A stretch of DNA of 64,000 nucleotides from Ostrea edulis (Eukaryota): assembly GCF_947568905.1 (NCBI RefSeq), contig NC_079169.1, positions 14,198,001-14,262,000 of the forward strand, in the 5' to 3' direction. Below are positions 53,039-64,000 of the stretch, piece by piece. The notes under the pieces were generated by a model that was not told the origin of the DNA, did not search any database, and was given only the letters and a program-made list of their open reading frames with translations. Every line of letters begins with the position of its first letter. Within the stretch, counting starts at the first letter, position 1. Both the position numbers and the translations under genes were made by a program.

Positions 53039-54363
53039 ATGAATAACACAATGAATAACAGAACAGAAAAACCAGTTTATTTTAAGAACAGTGAACTTCT
53101 TGAGGGTAATACAAGAGTAGCAGATTATGACATTCTTTGTGCGATCATCAACACCGTTGGAGACGATGTAAAATGTCTGCAATTAGACAGAGGTTTATGA
53201 CGAGTCTATATGAAGAACAGAGACTCCAGACAAAAGTTGCTTCAGGAGGGTTTTGAGTTTCAGAACCAGACCGTGCAAATCTATGACTCTAATCCCTTTA
53301 CATCCAGAGCATTACACCCTAAAGATCCAGCTCTGAAAGTTACCGTTGCTGGAGTTCCACTTTCAGTTCAGGACGCCGAAATCATTGGCATGTTAAAGTA
53401 ATTCAACATAGAACTTAAAAGCGAATTGAGATATGAAAATATTCGAAATCCAGTTACGGGTAAAATGACAAGCGTGCAAAATGGAAATCGCTTCATTTAT
53501 ATTTCACCATTACCAGAGGGTGTCACTCTGCCTAGAACATGATATTGTGTCGGGAAAAAATGCCGTATCTATCATTATGGCCAAAACATCTCAAAACCTG
53601 AGGTTAAGTGTCATAAATGTTGGAAATCCGGTCATTTTGCTCGAAATTGTCCGAATGGTAAGTGCTGCAAAGTCTGCAAGAAAGCTGGGCATGAGCCCGG
53701 TTCCGTCGATTGTGAATTCTACGAAACCAAGAAAACGTAGTTGCTTTTCGAGGGCACGAAAATGTCCTTTCAAATTTCCATGCCTGTGATGTAAATGTCA
53801 ATGGAGAGTTACATAAATCTACAGAGCATGCTTTCCAGCTCACAAAAGCAATACGGAATGGCGACATATCAGCGGCTGATCGTATTCGTTCCGCATCTAA
53901 TGCTTTAGTAGCAAAGCGTATTGGTGATGTCGTGAAGACTAATTCGTCTTGGGAAACAGAGAAAGTTGAGGTCATGACAACAATTATTGAAGCGAAATTC
54001 AAGCAGGTGAAATCTTTCAGAGATACAGTACAAAAGTTTGACCCTAACACAACTGTGGTAGAAGCTACACAGGACGATTTTTGGGGGAGCGGTTTGGATG
54101 AAGCTGCCACGCTTAATACACGCCCAAAGGCCTGGCCGGGCTTAAACAAGCTGGATAAAATCATTAAAACTGTTGCTAAAAAACAATTTAAAAAGCCACG
54201 GAACAACTCTGTACCTACGCAGCCAGCCCGAAAATCATCCAGAAACAAGCAGCAGGAGATCACGACTTTTGTTAACCAGTTGAAAGATGGTAATAACAAA
54301 CGTTCACGTGACAACCTGACCACTGATGATGGAGACTATAGGTCAAACATGGACAGTGATTAA
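53039..54363 (+). pseudogene. LINE ORF1: N-terminal region, two CCHC knuckles and a C-terminal NADAR (YbiA/DUF1768-like) domain
   Basis: Three in-frame stops and one 1-nt frameshift near 53730. Knuckles CHKCWKSGHFARNC and CKVCKKAGHEPGSVDC. NADAR motifs LSNF, STEHAFQLTKA, AKRIG, W..EKVEVM..IIEAKFKQ, VVEATQDDFWGSG, PGLNKL. Confidence 0.85.
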
Positions 54364-54405
54364 GGTGATGGACAGTGATTAAGGTATTAGAACACTAGCC
54401 CTTAA

Positions 54406-57400
54406 ATGACCACAAGTCCTTTGTTAAAATTTTTCTCTTTAAATGCTAGAGGTTTGAATGACTATAATAAGCGTAATACATTGTATGATTGGTTACAAGA
54501 TTTAGATATAGATATTGTATTGTTACAAGAAACTCATTTTATAGAAACAAGGGAATACCCATATAATACAAGGTGGCGAGGAACCAGCTATCATTGCTTT
54601 TCAGACTCGTCCTCGAGCAGAGGTGTGTCAATTCTTATTAGACAAAACCTTGCTTTTGAATTTATTAATTGTCATAGATCCACTGATGGGCGTAAGGTAT
54701 TATTGAATGCAAAGTGAAGATAACGAACAGTGATCAATCTCATAACTCCTACAAGCAATACAAAATAGATAGTTGGGCAAACACGGACCCCTGGACACAC
54801 CAGAAGTGGGATCAGGTGCCTAGGAGGAGTAAGCATCCCCTGTTGACCGGTCACACCCGCCGTGAGCCCCATATCCTGATCAGGTAAATCCGCAGTCAAA
54901 ATCAGTGTGCCAAGAACGGCTTAACAATCGGTATGAAACACGTCAGACAGCATTTGACCCAATACGAGGTTGTATTGACGAACTAGATCGTTATAACGAC
55001 CATAGAATTTGCGAAATGCTGACTTCAATCGAGACTGTTGAAATCCCTGTACCATCAACTTGTTTGTCAGTAGCTTACCTCGATTTAAAAACTGACTATA
55101 CCCAGAACAAGCTCTTGCATATCGAATCAGTTGAGATATATAAACACCATATGCAGGTGATAATGGAATATTGCTACATAAATGTGGGAAGTTGACGATT
55201 AAGTTCAATGACACTGTTTTTACTATTGCTAATTTATATGCTCCAAACAAAGTACTAGATAGAAAATCTTTTTTTTTTACAAATTCTAAATCTTGGATTA
55301 AAAAAAAAGCATCTAATACCGAAAATTTACGCGTTTTTGGAGATTTTAATTGTAAACTTGATGAAAATCAAGATTTTGACGCTAGTAAACATAAATTAGT
55401 TCTACTACTTAGACAGCTTGAATTAAGTGATATTTGGACTAAAATGAACGAAAATAAATCAGGTTTTACATGGTGAAATGCACATAATGTACCATACAGC
55501 AGAATTGACTACGCCTTCATATCAGAAAACTTTAGCTATTCTATTGATTCTTTAACACTACGAAATTGCCCCCAAGTAAATAATAATAGATTAAGTGATC
55601 ACCTCGGACTTAGATTAGATCTAATTATAAATCAAAATAAGAGAGGATCCGGATATTGGAAAATGAATACTTCCATCTTATTAGATAAAGATTACTGTAC
55701 AAACATAAAACAAATGTTAATGGAAAAAGAATTAGAAATTAATGCTATCGAATGTCCACACGAACGTTGGGAAAACGTTAAGTATTTAATTAAGCAGGTT
55801 TCGGTAGAATTTTCAATTAAGAGAAGTAAAAGTTTGAAACAAAAGGCTAAGAAAATCGAGGAAAAAATAAAGATAATTGAAAGTAGTCCACCGGAGGAAA
55901 TAAATTATACAGAAAAAATAAATCTAGAAAAGGAATTAAACGATATTTATGAAAATAAATCAAAAGGAGCCTATATGAGATCAAATGCTAACTGGATAAA
56001 TTAGGGAGAAAAATGTTAATCTTATTTTTTTAATCTTGAAAAAAAAAGCATCAAAACAATAATGTAATTGAAAATATTGTAGAGGGTAATAACACATCAT
56101 ATACTAATAACGAAATCTTGGGTCAGCTATGTGATTTTTATGAAATCCTTTATTCTTCAGAAAGGCCAAACATAGATCAAATCAAAAATTACATCGCGGA
56201 AACGAATATTGAAAATAAACTAAACGATGTGGAAAAAAATATATGCGAGAGTCTCCCAACTTTATCCGAATGCGAAGACGCAATTAAAATATGAAAAACA
56301 ATAAATCTCCAGGTACAGATGGTATACCAGTTGAATTTTACAAAATTTTCTGGAATGATATTAAGCATTACTTCTTCAGTTCTTTGATAAAATCTTTTGA
56401 AAGTAAAAAGCTCCCAAAATCGCAGAGGATGTCAATAATAAGTATTATTTATAAAAAAAAAAAAGGTGAAAAGTCAAATGTTAGAAATTATAGACCAATT
56501 AGTCTAACAAATTGCGATTAAAAAATTCTTGCATTTCTTTTGGCTAAACGTTTACAAACAGTCATATCAAAACTTATAAATATAGACCAATCAGCATATA
56601 TTAAAGGCAGATATATTGGGAATAATGCTCGATTAATTCAAGATATTTTTGACTACTGTGAAGATCATAACGAAGATGGCATTTTATTATTTTTAGATTT
56701 CGAAAAAGCCTTTAAATACCGTAGAATGGAGTTTTATGATTGAAACCTTAAAAGCTTTAAATTTTGGAACAAATTTTATCAACTGGATTACAACCTTATA
56801 CAATCAACCTTTATTTAGAGCAAAAAATAACGGTTACATATCTAAATCTTGTAAAATGACTAGAGGTATTCGTCAAGTGTGTCCAATATCAGCATTACTG
56901 TTCATCATCACAGTAGAGATGTTAGCTACAAGAATTAGATCTTCTGACATAATACATGGTTTTGAAATTGGAATTAACAAAGAGATAAAAATTATACAAC
57001 ATGCAGATGATTCCACGAGTCTCCTAAAGGACGTGCAATCAGTAAAACAAGTAATTAAAACAGTAAAACAATTCTCTGGAGTCGCAGGTCCAAAGCTTAA
57101 TCTAAGGAAATCAGAATGTATATTGCTAGGTTCTTTAAAAAACACATGTGAAAAGATTGAAGATGTAATTACAACAAATAATCCAGTTAAAACACTTGGT
57201 ATATTTATAGGACATAACAAAATGTTGTATCAAGAAATAAAATGGATAAGAAAAATTAATCAAATTATTAGCATACTCGATAACTGGGGAAAAAGATATT
57301 TAACAATTTTTGGTAAAAAAGAAATAATCAATAATCTCATTATTTCTAAATTGCAATACAATGCGTCGATAATTCCCAATCCGTCTGATGAAATATTTAA

Positions 57401-58675
57401 GCAACTGAACAGAAAGATATTTAATTTCGTATGTAATAGCAGGAAAAGAATCAAAAGAAATACACTTATTGGAAAGGAATTGAAAGGTGGAATAAATATT
57501 ATTGATGTTGAATCCAATTTTTTCTCACTAAAAGCGTCTTGGATTGCACGTCTGCTAAGTACTAAATCCAGTCTCTTAACATTTCTTGAACATAAATTTC
57601 AAAAAGAAAATATATCGCTGAGGTATATAATTAAAACAAACTTAAGAGATGTAAAAGAATATAAAGATATTCCATTTCTGCCGTTGTTCTATAAAGAAGT
57701 AATTTGCGCTTTTAACAAAACCAAAATGATTAAAGATATCTCTATGACTACCTCGAACGAATTCTTATGTTTACCAATTTGGAAAAATAACCTATTTCAG
57801 TTCAAAAACCATCCAATTTATTTTCCCAATTGGGTCAAGTCAGTTCTATACACCAAAGATTTAGATGATAACAATGGTGTATTTAGAGATTTAAAATATT
57901 TTCAAGATTTAATCTCTCATAAAAACAATATTATCTGTGAATTCTATATTTTAAAAACAATGTTCAACCGCTTTACTCGTATATTTGATTGCAAAAAAGC
58001 TCCCTATATTAATATTAAAGACAACATGCATGTATTATTTAAAGGAAATAACTTTGTAAACATATTTAATATCAAATCATCTTTCTTCTATAACATATTA
58101 GTTGATAACAAGTTCAATAAACCAATCACAGAAAACTTTTGGACGGAAAAGTTTGACATTCCGAAATCTTTATGGAAGACAATTTATCTCTTAAAAGTCG
58201 CAAAAATTTCAGATAAACAAATATCAGAGTTTAACTATAAATTGTTACATAAACAGTTGAATAATAATCTGAATGTAAGCAAATGGAATCCAAACATACA
58301 AAAATATTGTGAAAACTGCGGTGAAATTGAAAACATAGAACACCTTATATATGCCTGCAGATCGTCTAAAAGAATATGGAAAAGGATTAATAATGTACTA
58401 AATCTTGATATTTCTTGAAAACATATCGTCATAGGTTTTTATAATGAAACAAATCTATCAGAGACTCTTAATATTTTTATTTCTTTCATTGCACTGAAGA
58501 TTTATAAATATAAAATGAAATGTAGACTAATTGAAACCTCTTGTAACAGTGAAAATTTATATATCTCAGTGAAACGGGCTTTAAATACATATCAATACAT
58601 TGCAGAAAAATCGTATTCAAATGTATGTATTAAAAATATATTTAAGAAAGTCTGTACAACTTTTGATACTTCTTG
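54406..58675 (+). pseudogene. LINE ORF2: APE endonuclease, reverse transcriptase, C-terminal CCHC
   Basis: SLNARGL..LQETH, NLYAPN, GDFNC, SRIDY, SDH; KSPGTDG, YRPISLTNCD, LDFEKAF, GIRQVCPISALLF, HADD (YADD variant); CENCGEIENIEHLIYAC. Many stops and frameshifts; end coordinate approximate. Confidence 0.9.
54711..55199 (-). mobile_element. 489-bp PLE 3' fragment inserted antisense in the L1 endonuclease domain
   Basis: Minus strand encodes IVNFPHLCSNIPLSPAYGVYISQLIRYARACS..DVFHTDC* plus the 3' end. Excision restores LLNA|KFNDTVFTIANLYAPN with no TSD. Confidence 0.88.
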
Positions 58676-59332
58676 ATTAGAATTTTGTATATGAGAGGTC
58701 CGATGTGGAAGGAGGCGGCTCCTTCACATTTTGTTTACCTGGAGGCAATTGGACTCTTTGTATATGTGGTAGTGTGCCTTACAGGTAAACAAGGGTAGCC
58801 TTTCATGTGATACATAATAGTGTTTTTGTGTGTGTGTGTGTGTATTTATGAATAGTATGACTTGACAATTCAATCTAACTATTGTAAACTTTATTGCATG
58901 AAATTGCATTATGTTGATGAATTATTTATATATTTGTTGATATTGAATTAAATAAAAGATAAAAAAAAACTGTTTTAATGGACTGCCTTAATTTTAAAAA
59001 AAAAACCTTATCATAAGCGGAAAAAGCTCTTGTGTATCGAATTGGTTTGAGAGATGTAAATACTAATTGCGGGTGATAATGGAATATTGCGATAGAAATA
59101 TCGGAAGTTGACGATTTCAAAGCTGAAGGTTGTCCTAAAGTTGAGTTTTTACTTTACATTTATGTACAATAAAATATCTAAGCATGATGCAAATGTACAT
59201 TGTATATTGAAAAGGGGTAGGGATCTTAAATTATACCCTTTGTGGAGGCATCCGTTTACCTGATCAGGATAAAGAGCTAAAGGCCGGTGTGACCGGTCAA
59301 CAGGGGATGCTTAATCCTCCTAGGCACCTTAT

Positions 59333-60381
59333 CTATGTATCTATATATGCAGATGATATATCTCAGGATGTTTCACATCAATCTATTGATGTTATTGAGC
59401 AAAGGTTACATGATGATCTTTTAAACTCTATGAAATGGATGGAAAGTAATAAACTTACGATGAATTTAAAGAAAACACAATGTATGTTAATTGGTACTGT
59501 ACAAAAACTCTCAAAGTGTAGAAAAATGTGTATCAAAGTAGGAGATATTGTTTTAGATACTGTTTAACCGGCCAAACTTCTTGGTGTACAAATAGATGAA
59601 TGTCTAACCTGGTCTGTACACATTGATTCTTTATGCAAGAAACTTTCACAGAAAATAGGCATTTTACGTTGTCTGCAAACTTTTATGTCAAATGCAGCAT
59701 TATTGAAAATTTATAACACTGTTATATTTCCTCATTTTATTCATTGTTGTACAGTTTGGTGCTCATCCAAAAACAGGGTTTTTATTGACAGACTTTTTAA
59801 ATTACAGAAAAGGGCAGCCAGAATTATATTGAAAGTGAAAGTAATTCCGACTTCTATAGCTGATAATTTTAGTGTTCTTAAATGGATGCCTGTTCATGAT
59901 TATTTTGTATATAGAAAACTAGTGCTGGTTTTTAAGGTTTTTAATAACATGACACCAGAATACATGAACGTTTTTAGTTTTGTCACCCAAGTTAGTTCCA
60001 GAACAACAAGAAGTAGCGATAGTGGCATTTTATATTTACCAAAAGTTCGAACTGAATATTATAAACGATCTTTTAAGGTATCCTCCATAATTTTATGGAA
60101 TCAGTTGCCCGAGTCTGTCAGAAGCTGTGGTTCTATTACATTTTTTAAATCAGCATATTTGCAGCATTATTACTCAAATAAGTGATATATCAATATATAT
60201 CTGTTTATTTTCCCCCCAGTGATATCGTGTGTATATTTTATGTATATATTTTATATTATGTTATCTATTTTTCTATTCTCTCATTTATCTGTCTGTGAAT
60301 ATGTTTTATACAAGACCACAATGTAAACTATTCATTCGTACTAATTGTGCTATTCTGTCTAAATAAAGAATTATTATTATA
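59333..60381 (+). mobile_element. 5'-truncated L2/CR1-group LINE, copy 2
   Basis: Same site and sequence as 29222-30268; SIYADD intact; extra stop at 59565-59567. Confidence 0.85.
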
Positions 60382-61040
60382 TTATCCCACCGCTGATATA
60401 TCCAGAGGTCCGTGTTTGTCCATCTCTATTTCGCATTCCTTATAAGAGTTATGAGATTGATCATTGTTTGTTATCTTCATATTTCATCTGGTACTCGGGT
60501 TGACTCGTAATCACCCGCGATGTTCATCCGAAGCCAAGCTAGTTACGTGTAATTCCTGTTATGTTCGGATGATTTTTCGAATACTCCTACCCCTCTAGGA
60601 ACATTGCAAACTTTATGTCTTCGACCAATGACATCTAGCAAAAGGATAGTCATTTACTATGTTATAAATTATCAGAATATAATTTTTTTATTGACTGGGA
60701 CGTCGGCAACATGTGTTTTGGGGGACCCTGGGACTAAATTGTTGTTTTCAACCCCAGGCAAAATTTTTGTCCTTCGGTCCTAAATACACATGTTGCCTTC
60801 TCAACCTCGCTTAATAAATCAATAATTTCGACCGTGTTGCTACAAATTCAACTCACTAAATGAGCTTGCTATACGACCATTGACACACATTTGCCTGTGT
60901 AATGATGAGGATGATAATAAATCAACCCAACGTATTCATATTTAAACAACACAAAGTTTAAAGTTATATTCATGCCTTTAATTCGACAGGAATATGACCG
61001 AAATCTATAAAGCTGATCGTGATTTCCCGATGATCTATCG

Positions 61041-63742
61041 TCAATATCCGTACCCACCATGACCTGAAATTTAAAAATATCATCAGAATATATTTCATCA
61101 TCTATTCAATAATCAGAACCACCATTGTTAAAGAGAGAAGAAAGGGGAAAAGTAATTTGTATAAATTAACCACGACATCGTAAAAGCTTATATTTGGAAA
61201 AGGTCCGTGTAGTTTTGTAGTATTCTGATGTTTATAATTACAATAGCTTATAGGTATCACTTTTATTAGAATCTAATTATACATTATAAAATACTTACGC
61301 CTCACGCAGCAACCATAACTGCGGTTAAATCTGTAGTCACAGACGAATGGATAGTGACAAGGATTCCAAACACTGCATTCTCGACTTTTATAGCAGTAGC
61401 GCTGGGAATAACCTGAAACAATGACCAATTGCCGTATTTTAAGTCACAGTATCCATATTTACAATAACGATTCCAAACAGTGCATGTTTATTTGTCATAG
61501 CAGTGGCGCTGGGGATAGTAGAAACCTGAAACAATGACCGCAATTAACTAACACCTGTAGATGTAATGCATGCACATGTATTACTTTTATTTCAAAGATA
61601 TAAAAAAGCACACATTATGGTGTGAATTTGGGGGACAAAAACCTAATTTATTGATAGTATTGTTAAAACGGGTTATAAAAAGTTATTTGCATGAGGATCA
61701 ACCACATACAAGTTCATATTCTCGGTAAATACATGTATATCAATGAAAAATGAAGATAACGAACAGTGATCAATCTCACAAATCCCACAAGCAATACAAA
61801 ATATATAGTTGGGCCTACATAGGCTATGCCTGTTGCCCAATCCTGTTGAGTTCCTCAATAAAAAAAAATGGATACACGTGTACCAGAAAGGTACAGTACA
61901 TAGTGTGCCCTTCACTGTCTAATGTAGAGTGTTTTCTTAAGCCACGAGTTATAGAACTTTGATTAAGGTAGTATCAGCTATCATGAAGCAGTATACTTTC
62001 TTTTGCATTTTGAATATAAATAAAAAGGTCGTTGTTTAAAAACCTGACAGGAGGTCGATCGACAAACCAAGAGCTTTATTTGTAAAATATTCCCCCAAAG
62101 TTCATTATTACAAGTTCAACAACCTACATTGTTATTCAAACATCAAAGACAATCAGAAAATTGCTAGGAATCAAACTATTTGCTAAATGCTCATCTTCAA
62201 GCTGGTGCTCAGAGGGCATAAGCGCCGAACATAGGTCGAAATTTTACAGCCCTTCATCGGCAATAGTGTTGTCTCCACATGACAGAAAAATTCTCGAGCG
62301 GGACGTTAATTAAGATACAAACAACCTTAGCTTGTAATCTGTAAGATGAGTGAAATAAACAAACAAGTACTCACTTTGTAGTGTGTTCTCAAAACAGTTA
62401 AGTTCAGCAAAACAGAAATTTTCTCAGAAAAAGAATAAAATCAATATTCTTGTAATATGCACATTTTCGATACCCATAAAAACACTGATAAATAAGGTCC
62501 TCACTTGAAAACTATGGGATGAATTAGATGGACAAATGGTATATTCTCTATGTAATATTACGTCAAACCTGACGAAGTTCAGCAATCTGTGATTTTCTCA
62601 GAAATGGACGAAAATCAAAATCCTTGCCACCTGTTCATCTTTGATACCCATACAAACACTGTGTAAAATGATCAAGGTTATCACTTGAAAACTATTTTGG
62701 AATAAGATGAACAAATCATGTACCCTTATTTCGAATAAAAGGGTCATAACTCCTGCAGAATCAATCAAAATTCAAACATGATTTACAGTGACCCACCAGA
62801 AAACTACGCTGTAAACTTCAGCTTAATACATTGTAGGTGAGAGAGAAACGAAAATTTAAAAACCCCGGACGGACATATGTATGCAGACACCCCTGTACGA
62901 TAATATAGTACATAATACAGTATACAATGTAGTACACAGTACCTTACGACTAGAGAAGGGCGTCCAAGAATTATATTACATAATATGATACATGATAGCT
63001 TTAAAAAAGATTAATAAAGGTAGCAAAATATATGTAGAAAAGGCTAGAACTGAACGCACGCTAACAATAGAAACACATTTCATCTTAGTAGTGATCGCAC
63101 GATAATGATACAAACTTATCACATGTTGATTTGGACTTACAATTTGATATGTTAACTCGGGAAGGAATTAGAAAACATCGTATTCGTCCAAAAAACTGAT
63201 CCACAATGGACATTGTGATAATTATTAACAAAATAAATCAAGGAGGACGAGCTGATTATTGATGGTGGCCAATTCAAAAATCAAATGATTATAACCTGTG
63301 AGATTCGTCAAGTTGCACTGAGAAGAAATTTGAATAAAGACTTAGAGACCGAAATGCAAAGAGAAGTAAAGAATGTGGACCAACTCGTGTAACAGAGTAT
63401 TTTTTGTCAAATACAAAACATCCCCACCCACCATTCCCAAAGAAACAAAATCAGATTTGAATGGATTAGGTAGAGCCGTATCAAGGTTTTTTTTACAAAT
63501 ATTTACCATAACATAAAGAGGAATAGATAAGATTATGTAAAACGTAATTTGTTTTGCAAAATAAAGAATTGAATTGTAAACGCACGAATTGAAATTTGAC
63601 AGTGTTTGAATAATAATAATAAACCAATGCCGGTACCATAGATTAATAAATTTGAAGCGATAGGATGAATTATAATAATCTTACCGGCTGACAGGGCAGC
63701 CAGACAGACGAGGAGAGTCAGAACAATCAACAGTTTTCCCAT
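61041..63742 (-). CDS. Gene C: 64-aa secreted six-cysteine peptide, divergent paralogue (3 exons)
   Basis: Exons 63742-63685 (58 nt), 61412-61299 (114 nt), 61063-61041 (23 nt); phase-1 GT-AG introns. Protein MGKLLIVLTLLVCLAALSAG-YSQRYCYKSRECSVWNPCHYPFVCDYRFNRSYGCCVRRHGGYGY*. Confidence 0.8.
61413..61525 (-). pseudogene. Degenerate partial tandem duplicate of gene C exon 2
   Basis: Own acceptor ggtcattgtttcag; reads (G)FYYPQRHCYDK*TCTVWNRYCKYGYCDLKYG; lacks the CC pair and donor; abuts the acceptor of the intact exon. Confidence 0.75.
62215..62330 (+). mobile_element. 3' part of the tRNA-derived SINE in intron 1 of gene C
   Basis: gcataagcgccgaacatagg..gcccttcatcgg..gtctccacat..aaaaattctcgagcgggacgtt matches the reverse complement of 14540-14650. 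Confidence 0.65.
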
Positions 63743-63786
63743 TTTGATTCTAGACGCTGCAGATAACATCTGATCGACTCAATGTC

Positions 63787-63794
63787 TTTATATA
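63787..63794 (-). promoter_or_regulatory. TATA box of gene C
   Basis: TATATAAA on minus at conserved spacing. Confidence 0.7.
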
Positions 63795-64000
63795 CAATCG
63801 GAGTCACTACATCCACCAATCAATGCGATTTAAAAGTTATTTCCTTGTCTAACTTCGGTAGTCAATAAGTTAAGATGCATTAAATGTTCTGGAAAACCGA
63901 ATTACAATTAAGTTACCTATCTAATCAATATCCGTTATTAAATTTATGGGTAAGTTTGAAAGAGAATTGAAAATAAGGAGTTTTGAGACATCGCCCAATT

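Larger units (their letters stand above)
52775..58970 (+). mobile_element. Full-length L1/Tx1-type non-LTR retrotransposon (about 6.2 kb, defective)
   Basis: 12-bp TSD TGTTTTAATGGA at 52763-52774 and 58971-58982; empty site at about 28860; 3' AATAAA plus A tail; two ORFs. Confidence 0.92.
30861..60975. repeat. Recent tandem segmental duplication, copy 2 (about 30.1 kb including a 6.2-kb L1 insertion)
   Basis: Colinear with 7135-30860; subtracting the L1 element gives about 23.9 kb. Boundaries approximate. Confidence 0.85.

Noticed and set aside
53604-54323. 239-aa minus-strand ORF
   Set aside because: Antisense shadow of the L1 ORF1 NADAR region with no independent motifs.
54349-54385. 18-bp direct repeat duplicating the L1 ORF1 stop codon
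   Set aside because: Most simply a local slippage duplication in a dead copy; no evidence of function.
1-64000. CRISPR arrays, rRNA genes, prokaryotic operons
   Set aside because: None seen; the repeats are eukaryotic microsatellites, TEs and segmental duplications.

Overview
AT-rich animal genomic DNA, most likely a bivalve (oyster-like, judged from my recollection of its SINE and Penelope-like repeat families; not verified). The only host genes I can support are three tandem, minus-strand, 3-exon genes that the ORF track misses (7209-11433, 30925-35179, 61041-63742). Each encodes a 64-67 aa secreted peptide: signal peptide, six-Cys domain (C-x5-C-x5-C-x5-C-x8/9-CC), then a Gly/Tyr-rich tail. 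They sit in nested segmental duplications: a recent ~24 kb tandem duplication (~7.1-30.9 kb vs ~30.9-61.0 kb) on top of an older one. The rest is mostly dead, nested transposons. These are two copies of a Gypsy LTR element, two copies of a hAT element whose transposase appears fused to an OTU/vertnin-like domain, and a full-length L1/Tx1-type LINE whose ORF1 ends in a NADAR (YbiA-like) domain. There are also L2/CR1-group fragments, many Penelope-like fragments (one family with a minimal hammerhead ribozyme), tRNA-derived SINEs, MITEs and a 55-bp interstitial telomeric insertion. All alignments and translations were done by eye.
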